DNA of 64,000 bases from Eledone cirrhosa (taxonomy: Eukaryota). This document shows, piece by piece, positions 44,938 to 57,387 of the stretch. The DNA lies in NCBI GenBank assembly GCA_964016885.1, contig OZ024750.1, positions 44,764,001-44,828,000 on the forward strand, written 5' to 3'. The position numbers and the translations under genes are program-made. How positions within the stretch are numbered: the stretch's first letter is position 1; each line of letters begins with the position of its first letter. The notes under the pieces were generated by a model, which worked only from the letters and a program-made list of their open reading frames with translations, did no database searches and was not told the DNA's origin.

Positions 44938-45254
44938 GCGGTGGATTGGCAGTATCCCGCCGAGGTTAACTTTGCCTTTCATCCTTACGGGGTCGATAAA
45001 ATAAAGTACCAGTAATGCACTGGGTAATTGCTGGCCTTGTGCCTAAAGTAGAAACAATTATATATAATTGTTTCTACATGTGGCACAAGGCCAGCAATTA
45101 CCCAGTACATTACTAGTACTTTCTTTTATCGACCCCGTTAGGATGAAAGGCAAAGTTAACCTCGGCGGGATTTGAACTCAGACTGTAAAGGGACGTAACT
45201 ATGCTAGAAAGCATGGCGTCCAACCCTCTACCGATACTGCCAATTCACCGCCCT
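44938..45254. mobile_element. Tail-to-tail nested SINE family 1 pair
   Basis: Plus copy 44938-45060 and minus copy 45065-45254, with nested TSDs. Confidence 0.9.
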
Positions 45255-45704
45255 TTATTAGGTATTATATATAATATTAATTAAAATATTTAAAGAGAAC
45301 ACACATAGAAGGAAAGATTCAATTTATTTGTATGCAGTATGGTATATTAAATTTACAGAATACTCTATGTTGAGCGCAGTTCTAATCTCTATATTTTGGT
45401 TGATGTTCATTATCTTTCGAGCCGCTAAGTTAGGGACTATGATGGGAAACTAACATATTCAATTTTTTTTTAATTGTACACACAACCACAAACCCTCACA
45501 CACGTACAAATGCCCACACAGGAGTGCGTAGAAACACGCCTGCACGCAGACACTTTCCTCAGGATTTCCTTGAATGAAGCAGTTCTATTCATGTAGAAGC
45601 CATTTCTTCATAAAATGTTGTATATACTCTACTAATGTATTGTGTACCTTACTTACTGTGGCTATTCCCGATGGAACACGGGACTCTCTCTCTCTCTCTC
45701 TCTC

Positions 45705-45783
<79 letters not shown>

Positions 45784-47380
45784 CCAATATCAACGAATGG
45801 GGTTCATGTTAGTGTTTTCAATCATGTTCTGTAACCAGACTTTATAAGTTCTCTGGCAAACATGCGCTGTTAAAGACCTTCGAGGTGGCACATTACATGG
45901 CTGATAACCAATAATCGAAACTTGTAAAACAATAAAAGCTTAACATATGAAGAACTACATTGCTGAATTAGTCTTCAATTCGTAATATAACAGTGGATAA
46001 TTTAATTGTTATTTCTAGAATGTCTAGTTTTAACGTTGATATTTGATGGAAATATTTTACATTTAATACTTCACTGAAGGTGAATAGAAGCTAGGATAAA
46101 ATGATGTCGTGTTTGTTTGGCGTCTGTTACATGAGTTCAAATCCCACTGTAAACAACTTTGTTTCCCACCCATTCGTGGTGGATAAACTAAAATATCTCT
46201 TCTGGACAGTGGACTGGCCGAATTGTTAGAGCATCGTCCGAAATGAGTGGCAGTATTTGTTCCAGTTATTTTGCTCTGAGATCTTGAATGTTAGACTTAA
46301 TCAGTTGCCTGTTTAAAAATACCCACCTCGTACTTGGGTGACAGCTCGTGTCTCTTGTTTAACGGTGAATCCCTTTCTTCCTTTTTTTCTTCCTCTCAGC
46401 AGACAAGGGGTTGGTTCTCAGTAGAAATAGCAGATTTACTGGCGCAGCTCTTCCCTTGCTGAATTAAACGAAACAATCAAATAAAACTGGGTCTGACGAA
46501 AGGCAAATTTATACTCACCTGCAATTGAACTCACAAATGTTCTACAAGAAACATTTAATAACATGAACCAACGAAGTGGCTATTCTACTATGGGTGTGTG
46601 TGTGTGTGCGTGCGTGCGTGTGTGTGTGTGTGTGTGTCTGTGTGTGTATGTGTGTGTGTGTGTGTTTGTGTGTATATTGAAATGCCTTTTTACTTCTACA
46701 ACACCTCATATTAATAAATATAATAGATATTTATAGTAAGCATAGGAATAATAATAACAAAAAAAAAATGAAGAAAAAGCCAAACGAACTACCGCAAAAA
46801 TACAACATCGATAACAGTAATAACAAATATAACAACAACCACAACGACGATAATCTGATTAGCTATCACAAGAATAGCAATAATCAATGGATTTTTCTCT
46901 CACATTTCATTTAATCATAAATATTTGCGAATTGTTCCTTACTAGAATATTTCAGATTACCAAGATAGCAAAGCACTGGTGAAGAAAAAACTACTTTATC
47001 CTAGCAGAAAGATTATATAACTTACCTGCTGTTACTTAACACATCGCTACTTTTTCAGAAACTTTCCTTTTTATGTCAGCCATTTTGTTTAACGTATTGT
47101 CTTGGAAGGGAAATTATCAATATAAAAATAATACACACAACAAACAAAGCAATAACATTAACAAACATGATACTATTAATAATGAGGATGACTGTGATAG
47201 TACTATGGGTGGTGATGATGATACTGTTGCTGATGGTGATTGAGAGGATATTTATTTATTTGCCACAATAATGGCGGATGAACGAAGGATTACGCAGACA
47301 GAATACTAAGAGAGTGGTATTTTACATGGAAATAAATGTACAAAAAATGACTGGAAATATAACAGCACTGTCGGGGGAGA

Positions 47381-47437
<57 letters not shown>

Positions 47438-47442
<5 letters not shown>

Positions 47443-47622
47443 TGTTTCTACTTTTGGCACAAGGCCAGCAATTATCCCAGTGTATTACTGGTACTTTATT
47501 TTATCGACCCCCGTAAGGATGAAAGGCAAAGTTAACCTGGCGTGATTTAAACTCAGAATGGCAAGGGCCGTAACTCTATGCGTCAAAGCATGGTGTCCGA
47601 CCCTCTACCGATACTGCCAATC
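47438..47622 (-). mobile_element. SINE family 1 with long (TAA)n tail
   Basis: Consensus match. Confidence 0.9.
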
Positions 47623-47624
47623 GT

Positions 47625-48460
47625 AATTACCAGGCCAATGTGATGAGAAACGGAATAAACCCAAAGTGCCGATCTTCAATGCTGAGGTTGAAATAGTGGA
47701 TCACTTAGTCTCTGGATGTAAAGTTTTAGCACGAGTAGTATACAAATATAGACATGACAGAGTTGGCCAATATCTACACTGAGTAATATGTCGGCATTAC
47801 AAAATCAAAGCTGAAGACAAGTGGTACAATCATCACCGTGAGGCTGTAACTGAAGGAGAAAAAGTAACAATTCTCTTGGACTTTTCTGTACATACTGACA
47901 GCACCATAAAAACAAATAGACCTGCCATCATTGTAAAAGATCAACATAACAAGGTCTGTTTATAGATATGAACATCCCATGTGATAGATATGAGCATCGC
48001 ATGTGATCACAATATCGCGGCAAAAGAATTTGACAAGCTACGAAAATATAAAGATATGCTTAATGAAATTGAGAAAATGTGGCACCTGAAGGCCGTTACA
48101 ATAGCAGTAATTGTGGGAGGACTGGGAATGATCAAGTAAGGAACAGAACAATATTTGCGAATGATTCCTGGTTTACCCTCTCTGCACGAGGTGCAAAAAA
48201 TTGTTTTGACTGGTAATGAACACGTATTGAGAAGAGCACTATCTCTGTAAGATTGATATCCCTCCTTATATTTACATATTCATATGCACATGCGTATATA
48301 TGTATACTGTTTTTGTTTAATTATAATCAATGTGCTGTATTAACTGGCTTACCAATACACACTGTGAATTTATTTGCCCTAGGTGTCAGAAAGACACTCG
48401 GCATATATCTCAGAAACAATAATGAAAGAAAATAAAAATAATAATAATAATAATAATAAT
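47625..48460 (+). pseudogene. R4/Dong-clade non-LTR retrotransposon 3' fragment (CCHC + restriction-like endonuclease)
   Basis: PKCR..EIVDHLVSGCKVLA..YKYRHDRVGQYLH..ILLDFSVHTD..NRPAIIVKD..AKEFDKLRKYKD..VIVGGLG..VQKIVL..VLRRAL*, with stops and frameshifts. Ends in (TAA)n. Confidence 0.9.
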
Positions 48461-48462
48461 AG

Positions 48463-48912
48463 TAGGGATTTTAGGCTACAGACGGACAAGAAATTAGAAC
48501 ACAATAGGCCTGACCTGGTGGTTTTCGACAAGGAAAAATGATCGTGCCTGATTGTAGATGGAGCATGCCCATTTGACACGAGAGTGCAAGAAAAGGAGAG
48601 GGAGAAAATTAACCGATACCAGGATTGAAAGTGGGAGTTAAAAGGGATTTGGAACTGCTATGAAATCAAGGTCGTCCCGATTGTCATAGGCGCACTAGGT
48701 ACTATCTCAAAGAGTTCCAAGGATGGTTAAAGAAGATGAGTCTAGCCCCGCTTTTTGGAACACTTCAAAAGGCATGCTTGCTGGGAGCTGGGAACAGCAA
48801 GAACCCTACGATACGTCCTGAATATCTGAGGCTGCAGGTAGCGGCTTGATATTCATTTCAACAAACTTTCCAGTTAAATAACATCAATGACTGAGACTCA
48901 AAGAACAGTAAT
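48463..48912 (+). pseudogene. Second R4/Dong-clade RLE fragment (different family)
   Basis: DFRLQTDKKLEHNRPDLVVFDK..IVDGACPFDTRVQEKEREKINRYQD..VVPIVIGALGT..LQKACLLG..ARTLRYVLNI*. Confidence 0.9.
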
Positions 48913-49305
48913 AATTGTTTCTACTTTTGGCACAAGACCAGCAATTAACCAGTACATTACTGGTACTTTATTTTATCAACCCCGTAAGGATGAAAGGCAA
49001 AGTTGACCTCGGTGGGATTTGAACTCAGAATGGAAAGATCCGTAACTCTATGCGTCAAAGCATAACGTCCGACCCTCTACCGATACTGCCAGATAATGGT
49101 TTCTCATATAGGCACAACGCCAGCAATTTTGGAGGAGGGGAAAGTCGATTAAATCGACCCAGTATGTGACTGGTACTTTATTTTATCGACCCCGTAAGGA
49201 TGAAAGGCAAAGTTAACATCGGCAGCATATGAACAAAGACCGTAATGGGACGTAATTCTATGATGGAAAGCATGGCGTCCGACCCTCTACCGATACTGCC
49301 AATCG
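48910..49305 (-). mobile_element. Two SINE family 1 copies (short + long subfamily)
   Basis: Consensus match. Confidence 0.9.
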
Positions 49306-49319
49306 ACCTATAATACTGA

Positions 49320-50305
49320 CAATGGTAGAGTACAGTGAACAACTAGCCACATTCCAGATGCCAGGCGCCCAGTCTTGGTTTCTTCTTGACCCAGGACTGC
49401 AGCTCAGTCAAAGAGATGAGCTGCGGAAAGGCCTGTCTCACAAACGCGGACTACACGTCTTACCATTTAGGGAGAATATCTGGGAATACCGCAGCTTCAG
49501 CACCTGTTTGCGCATCATTAGCCACAGCATGCCAAGGACTCCGCTTAGAGGGTGTTGCCAGTAGATGAACCGCCTGTCCAACGGAACCTGTCCCCTTCAC
49601 AAGAAGTTGAAGAAAATCAGTTCCAATTTGTTGACGACGGTCAGGTGGTAGTAGATAATGGACGTGATGTACGCGTTCGCCACATTCAACCTACTTTTCA
49701 GGGACAACTTCCTCTCACCCCATTTCTGGGTCCCAATTCTTATCCACCTGGAGGTCTGATCCGAAACAAACCCGGGGCAACTGTACCGGTCTGCCCGTCG
49801 AGCGCCCGACGACGCTGTTGGATGGCGTGGATTTGACTGACCAGGGTTATAGCTGCAACTTCACAGAATTTTCCAGTTTTAGTTTTGCTCGCGTCAAACT
49901 TTCACATTCCTCCAAGAAGGTGTAGCCCACCTCGATATCCGATGTGTTCCACGCCATCATGGCAATGCCGTCCGTATATGCCGACACAGTATTTCATGTT
50001 CAGGTTCGAGCGTGATCCCCTTCAACAGCTCCACTTCCACAGTAAAATCTAGAGAGTCAATACGTACAGGACGATATCGATTTGGAGATCTGAAATGGTT
50101 CCGAAAGGTATCCACCAACTTTGATCACAGAGCAGATGCCACTGCGCTTTGCAGCGATGCAACCTCTAAAGACGGCATCGAAGGCAGCTGCCTTGAGTTA
50201 TCCATGGTCGACATTATTGAAAACTTTCGATTGATCTAAATTAATCAGAACCCCACCGAAGCCAGGTTTACACCTTAACCTTTGAATGAAGTATCGCATG
50301 AAGTG
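49320..50305 (-). pseudogene. Tx1/L1-clade reverse transcriptase fragment, heavily decayed
   Basis: Reverse complement translates in pieces as GGVLINLDQSKVFNNVDHG (LDQxKAFDxVDH), VIKVGGYLSEPF, VSAYTDG (SAYADD), RKLSLKSR..IIYY and HPLSGVLGM. Confidence 0.8.
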
Positions 50306-50771
50306 GAAATAAGAATTTATTTCATTTACTACATGTGTGGAGAATGAGGTGCATTAAAAACGGCGTCAGATTATGTAGAAACGGTTGGAAATGAGACGAT
50401 GTGAAGAAGAAATAGAATTTGGAACGATACAATTATATCCGTGGAATTTAGCAGCCATGTTTTTTTTACATCATCTGAATGGATGCTGCAGTTGTAACGA
50501 TAATGCAAAGAAGACTATACATGTCAGGATGGAAGAAGTAACGTAGCTAAAACAATACAAAACTTATAAACAAGCTAAAAAAAATAATTGTTTCTACTTT
50601 AGGCACAAGGCCAGCAATTACCAAAAATAATGACAAGAATTAATAAATAAAAACGCGCGCAATAATAATGGATTCGGTATATAAAATGTCCATGTGTATG
50701 AATATGTCTCTCACTTTCTCTCTACTTCTCACGTTCTCTATCTCTCACTTTCTCTCTCACTCTCTCTCCCC

Positions 50772-50805
<34 letters not shown>

Positions 50806-50836
50806 TTCTTTCTTTCTCTCTCTTTCTCTTGCTCTC

Positions 50837-50939
<103 letters not shown>

Positions 50940-51006
50940 ACATCTATAGATAAATATATATATATATATATAAATATATATATATATGTATATGTGTATA
51001 TTTACA

Positions 51007-51085
<79 letters not shown>

Positions 51086-51205
51086 ACATATATATATATA
51101 TATATGTATGTATGTATATACACGAGCAGCACATAACCCACATGTAGATATATGAACACACACACACATAGGCATATATATATATATACAAACAAATACA
51201 CACAC

Positions 51206-51309
<104 letters not shown>

Positions 51310-51642
51310 CTTTAGCGTTTGATTTCATTTCATAGTGTGTTAACCATGTTTGGCTGATCTTGTAGAGTCCAACACCCTAGAAGTTCCTAGGAAATCTGTA
51401 CGATCTCTAGCGGTGGCGTTTACAGATATAATCTCAAAGAATAAATCGAACCCATTCAGTTATTATCGAATTACAGAGTCCTATTACACTTCCTGGAAGT
51501 GTTTTCTAATATTTTCACAGGAACTTTTTATTGTCTATCAGGATTTCAATACAAATAAATGTATCTGTATAAATACTGGGGTATTAAGCTGTGATCAAAA
51601 GAATAACGTAAAGTTTAGACACCTGCATTTGTATGTCATGTA

Positions 51643-51685
<43 letters not shown>

Positions 51686-51838
51686 ATAAATGCTCTGAAA
51701 TAGCGATATATATGTGAATATAGACATAGAATATTCGAAAATATTCTGTATGTTTATAATAAACATTTTGAAGACCTAATCGCTATAGAATAGAATACGT
51801 CACGTATTACAATTAGATTCTCGATAAAAGCAAGGGAA

Positions 51839-51881
51839 GTAATCTACGCGTTTCATTCTCGTTAGAAATCATCAGGACTAC
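51839..51881 (-). ncRNA. Type I hammerhead ribozyme in the inverted leading unit
   Basis: Exact reverse complement of the array hammerhead (gtaatctacgcgtttcattctcgttagaaatcatcaggactac). Confidence 0.85.
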
Positions 51882-52266
51882 ATATCCAGTGCTTTTATCG
51901 AGAATGACACAGCTAGAGACTTATAGAATACTTAGCTGTGTACAGGAACTGGTTTGAAAGAGCGGTTGCCGGTCCGGCAGAAATTAGAAATTGGAATAAA
52001 TGCTCTGAAATAGCGATATATATGTGAATATAGACATAGAATATTCGATCTATAGCGATTAGGTCTTCAAAATGTTTATTATAAACATACAGAATATTTT
52101 CGAATATTCTATGTCTATATTCACATATATATCGCTATTTCAGAGCATTTATTCCAATTTCTAATTTCTGCCGGACCGGCAACCGCTCTTTCAAACCAGT
52201 TCCTGTACACAGCTAAGTATTCTATAAGTCTCTAGCTGTGTCATTCTCGATAAAAGCACTGGATAT

Positions 52267-52309
52267 GTAGTCCTGATGATTTCTAACGAGAATGAAACGC
52301 GTAGATTAC
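52267..52309 (+). ncRNA. Type I hammerhead ribozyme (first of 10 plus-strand copies, every 310 bp)
   Basis: GTAGTC-CTGATGA-T TTCT AACG AGAA T-GAAA-CGCG-TA-GATTAC. Stem I is GTAGTC/GATTAC, stem II is TTCT/AGAA, and stem III is the palindrome ACGCGT. The GUA triplet predicts a cut after 52303. Stem I is extended by GGA/TCC and ATTCTCGATAAAAGCA/TGCTTTTATCGAGAAT. Confidence 0.85.
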
Positions 52310-55219
52310 TTCCCTTGCTTTTATCGAGAATCTAATTGTAATACGTGACGTATTCTATTCTATAGCGATTAGGTCTTCAAAATGTTTATTATAAACATAC
52401 AGAATATTTTCGAATATTCTATGTCTATATTCACATATATATCGCTATTTCAGAGCATTTATTCCAATTTCTAATTTCTGCCGGACCGGCAACCGCTCTT
52501 TCAAACCAGTTCCTGTACACAGCTAAGTATTCTATAAGTCTCTAGCTGTGTCATTCTCGATAAAAGCACTGGATATGTAGTCCTGATGATTTCTAACGAG
52601 AATGAAACGCGTAGATTACTTCCCTTGCTTTTATCGAGAATCTAATTGTAATACGTGACGTATTCTATTCTATAGCGATTAGGTCTTCAAAATGTTTATT
52701 ATAAACATACAGAATATTTTCGAATATTCTATGTCTATATTCACATATATATCGCTATTTCAGAGCATTTATTCCAATTTCTAATTTCTGCCGGACCGGC
52801 AACCGCTCTTTCAAACCAGTTCCTGTACACAGCTAAGTATTCTATAAGTCTCTAGCTGTGTCATTCTCGATAAAAGCACTGGATATGTAGTCCTGATGAT
52901 TTCTAACGAGAATGAAACGCGTAGATTACTTCCCTTGCTTTTATCGAGAATCTAATTGTAATACGTGACGTATTCTATTCTATAGCGATTAGGTCTTCAA
53001 AATGTTTATTATAAACATACAGAATATTTTCGAATATTCTATGTCTATATTCACATATATATCGCTATTTCAGAGCATTTATTCCAATTTCTAATTTCTG
53101 CCGGACCGGCAACCGCTCTTTCAAACCAGTTCCTGTACACAGCTAAGTATTCTATAAGTCTCTAGCTGTGTCATTCTCGATAAAAGCACTGGATATGTAG
53201 TCCTGATGATTTCTAACGAGAATGAAACGCGTAGATTACTTCCCTTGCTTTTATCGAGAATCTAATTGTAATACGTGACGTATTCTATTCTATAGCGATT
53301 AGGTCTTCAAAATGTTTATTATAAACATACAGAATATTTTCGAATATTCTATGTCTATATTCACATATATATCGCTATTTCAGAGCATTTATTCCAATTT
53401 CTAATTTCTGCCGGACCGGCAACCGCTCTTTCAAACCAGTTCCTGTACACAGCTAAGTATTCTATAAGTCTCTAGCTGTGTCATTCTCGATAAAAGCACT
53501 GGATATGTAGTCCTGATGATTTCTAACGAGAATGAAACGCGTAGATTACTTCCCTTGCTTTTATCGAGAATCTAATTGTAATACGTGACGTATTCTATTC
53601 TATAGCGATTAGGTCTTCAAAATGTTTATTATAAACATACAGAATATTTTCGAATATTCTATGTCTATATTCACATATATATCGCTATTTCAGAGCATTT
53701 ATTCCAATTTCTAATTTCTGCCGGACCGGCAACCGCTCTTTCAAACCAGTTCCTGTACACAGCTAAGTATTCTATAAGTCTCTAGCTGTGTCATTCTCGA
53801 TAAAAGCACTGGATATGTAGTCCTGATGATTTCTAACGAGAATGAAACGCGTAGATTACTTCCCTTGCTTTTATCGAGAATCTAATTGTAATACGTGACG
53901 TATTCTATTCTATAGCGATTAGGTCTTCAAAATGTTTATTATAAACATACAGAATATTTTCGAATATTCTATGTCTATATTCACATATATATCGCTATTT
54001 CAGAGCATTTATTCCAATTTCTAATTTCTGCCGGACCGGCAACCGCTCTTTCAAACCAGTTCCTGTACACAGCTAAGTATTCTATAAGTCTCTAGCTGTG
54101 TCATTCTCGATAAAAGCACTGGATATGTAGTCCTGATGATTTCTAACGAGAATGAAACGCGTAGATTACTTCCCTTGCTTTTATCGAGAATCTAATTGTA
54201 ATACGTGACGTATTCTATTCTATAGCGATTAGGTCTTCAAAATGTTTATTATAAACATACAGAATATTTTCGAATATTCTATGTCTATATTCACATATAT
54301 ATCGCTATTTCAGAGCATTTATTCCAATTTCTAATTTCTGCCGGACCGGCAACCGCTCTTTCAAACCAGTTCCTGTACACAGCTAAGTATTCTATAAGTC
54401 TCTAGCTGTGTCATTCTCGATAAAAGCACTGGATATGTAGTCCTGATGATTTCTAACGAGAATGAAACGCGTAGATTACTTCCCTTGCTTTTATCGAGAA
54501 TCTAATTGTAATACGTGACGTATTCTATTCTATAGCGATTAGGTCTTCAAAATGTTTATTATAAACATACAGAATATTTTCGAATATTCTATGTCTATAT
54601 TCACATATATATCGCTATTTCAGAGCATTTATTCCAATTTCTAATTTCTGCCGGACCGGCAACCGCTCTTTCAAACCAGTTCCTGTACACAGCTAAGTAT
54701 TCTATAAGTCTCTAGCTGTGTCATTCTCGATAAAAGCACTGGATATGTAGTCCTGATGATTTCTAACGAGAATGAAACGCGTAGATTACTTCCCTTGCTT
54801 TTATCGAGAATCTAATTGTAATACGTGACGTATTCTATTCTATAGCGATTAGGTCTTCAAAATGTTTATTATAAACATACAGAATATTTTCGAATATTCT
54901 ATGTCTATATTCACATATATATCGCTATTTCAGAGCATTTATTCCAATTTCTAATTTCTGCCGGACCGGCAACCGCTCTTTCAAACCAGTTCCTGTACAC
55001 AGCTAAGTATTCTATAAGTCTCTAGCTGTGTCATTCTCGATAAAAGCACTGGATATGTAGTCCTGATGATTTCTAACGAGAATGAAACGCGTAGATTACT
55101 TCCCTTGCTTTTATCGAGAATCTAATTGTAATACGTGACGTATTCTATTCTATAGCGATTAGGTCTTCAAAATGTTTATTATAAACATACAGAATATTTT
55201 CGAATATTCTATGTCTATA

Positions 55220-55280
<61 letters not shown>

Positions 55281-55482
55281 GTAAACGGTAAGCAGAAATA
55301 ACACAATCGGTACAGTATGTGGAAGGTATATATTAGGTTAACGCTTGATATAGCAGGAAGAGGGTCTTAACGTTTCGGACGCTAGTCTTTCATCAGAAGA
55401 AAGAATGAGAAATGAAATAGATTGAGGGAACGGGCGGGTTGGAATTGGAAAAAATGATATATATATATATATATATATATAT

Positions 55483-55928
55483 AAATGACATTAATTAACG
55501 GAAACTATATTTGTAAAACCATATTTATTCTATTATATATATTTCAAGGGTACCAAAACTTTGGTACGCTCTCATCAGATAAAATACAAAATGTGTTTTA
55601 TAAATAGTGACATAACCAGGAATCAGACATTAACGGTGCAGGTTCAGTTTGGATAGTGAGAGGAGAGAAGAACCTGAACCCTTAAGGTCTGAATCCTGGT
55701 TATGTCACTATTTATAAAACAAATTTTGTATTTTATCTGATGAGAGCGTACCAAAGTTTTGGTACCCTTGAAATATATATAATAGAATAAATATGTTTTT
55801 ATAAATATAGTTTCCATTTATTTAATATCATTGAATATTATTCTCCAGAAAACTTGTCGAGTGCTCTGAATCAGTTATTAACATTTATATTTGTTGAATT
55901 ACCAACAAATTAAATATCTCTTTACTTA
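55483..55928. mobile_element. Palindromic hammerhead element, family B
   Basis: HHRs at 55526-55586(-) and 55729-55789(+). Closely similar to 15345-15751, including GAGTGCTC in the long arm. Confidence 0.85.
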
Positions 55929-55933
55929 TATAT

Positions 55934-56570
55934 GCAAAGTTTTATTTAAATTATTGGGTTACAACGAGTAAATATTTATAACTGATATAAAAGCACTCAA
56001 CAAGTATTTGGAGTATATTTACGATATTAAATAAATGGAAACTATATTTATAAAACCATATTTATTTCATTATATATATTTCAGGGATATCATATTAAAA
56101 ATATGTTATGCCTTCCTCAGACAAAATACAATATAAACAGTCTTATAAATAGATAGATTTGACATACCTTACAACTTCAACTTCCATTTAAAAAGTTGAT
56201 TTGGTAGTGAAAAATTTTAGGGACAGTTATCTATCTCTCTCTGTTTCTTTACATGAATTTCTTCTCTCTATCTATCTCTCTATATCTATCTCTCTCTGTT
56301 TAGTTGCATGCATTTCTTCTTTTTCTTCGCTTTTTTTCCTTTCTTTCTTTTTATAACTGTCCCTAACATTTTTCACTACCAAATCAACTTTTTAAATGGA
56401 AGTTGAAGTTGTAAGGTATGTCAAATCTATCTATTTATAAGACTGTTTATATTGTATTTTGTCTGAAGAAGGTATACCATATTTTTAATATGATATCCCT
56501 GAAATATATATAATGAAATAAATATGGTTTTATAAATATAGTTTCCATTTATTTAATATCTTTACTTATA
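55934..56570. mobile_element. Palindromic hammerhead element, family B variant
   Basis: Arms ~56023-56230 and ~56353-56560. HHRs at 56063-56128(-, CTGAGGA) and 56455-56520(+, CTGAAGA) with a catatt ttt aatatg stem II. Confidence 0.8.
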
Positions 56571-56574
56571 TATA

Positions 56575-56793
56575 TATTTATTAAAATAACAGTTTAAAGT
56601 TAAACAAATAATCGCTGCCTTCACCCTTAACGGGATCTTCAGAACATCACGTTAAGGGTGAAAGCAGCGATTCTTTGCTTATACTTTAATCTTTTATTTT
56701 AATAAATATTTGCTCTACGGTTCTTATATATTTGATATATATTTATCCTTATCGAGCCCTCTTTGGATTTTAGTCTTCAAATTTATTATTACT
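56575..56793. mobile_element. Small palindromic element with hammerhead-like core (family E); another copy at 5281-5416(-)
   Basis: Minus arm reads CTGAAGA t ccc gttaa ggg t GAAg, and the plus arm reads agggtGAAAgcagc. 56653-56793 matches the reverse complement of 5281-5416. Stem III and the cleavage triplet are not canonical. Confidence 0.6.
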
Positions 56794-57338
56794 ATATATA
56801 TATATATATATGGACAAGGAAAACTGACATGCATGTTTGACTGCTGTTCTCCCATAAACACTCCATTCCAGTCTTGTGACTCGTTTGAGAACATTCAAGG
56901 TACAACACCGTGGACATTCGGGACCGAACGGCGTTTACGATATGCCTTCTGTACAGTTTATTATAATAAATTAAAATACATTACCCTACTTTGAGCTGTT
57001 TTATGCCCCCCCACCCAATTCTTTGCAGTTTTTCTTATTTAAAAACGAAATTTTTAACACACACACTCAAGAGGTGTCAACATGAATGGATCTGTTATTT
57101 TTATCTAAATACATATTTTCCAATTACAACCCGCCCGTCCCCTCAATCTATCTTATTTCTCAATATTTCTCCTGATGAAGGTCTAGCGTCCGAAACGTTA
57201 AGACCCTCTTCCTGCTATATCAAGCGTTAACCTAATATATCCATTCCATATACTGTACCGATTGTGTTGTTATTTCCGTTTACCTTTTACACACACACAC
57301 ACACACTCACACACTCACACACACACACAGACACACAA

Positions 57339-57387
<49 letters not shown>

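Larger units (their letters stand above)
51680..55223. mobile_element. Hammerhead-containing 310-bp tandem array (non-LTR retrozyme / Penelope pLTR-like) with inverted leading copy, inserted in (TA)n
   Basis: 'tatagcgatt' recurs at 52051+310k (k=0..10). The plus-strand array is 52049-55223 (~10.2 units), and 51680-52048 is ~1.2 units in reverse complement. Both outer ends abut (TA)n. Each unit contains a Type I hammerhead motif. Confidence 0.9.
55281..57282. mobile_element. Outer inverted pair of hammerhead family C enclosing nested elements
   Basis: 55281-55457 is the reverse complement of ~57110-57282. HHRs at 55365-55400(-) and 57168-57203(+); consensus tctt-CTGATGA-a ggac tagc gtcc-GAAA-cg-TT-aaga. 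Confidence 0.8.

Noticed and set aside
52049-55223. CRISPR array or rDNA/5S/tRNA gene array
   Set aside because: There are no unique spacers and no rRNA, tRNA or snRNA similarity recognisable; units are identical 310-mers.
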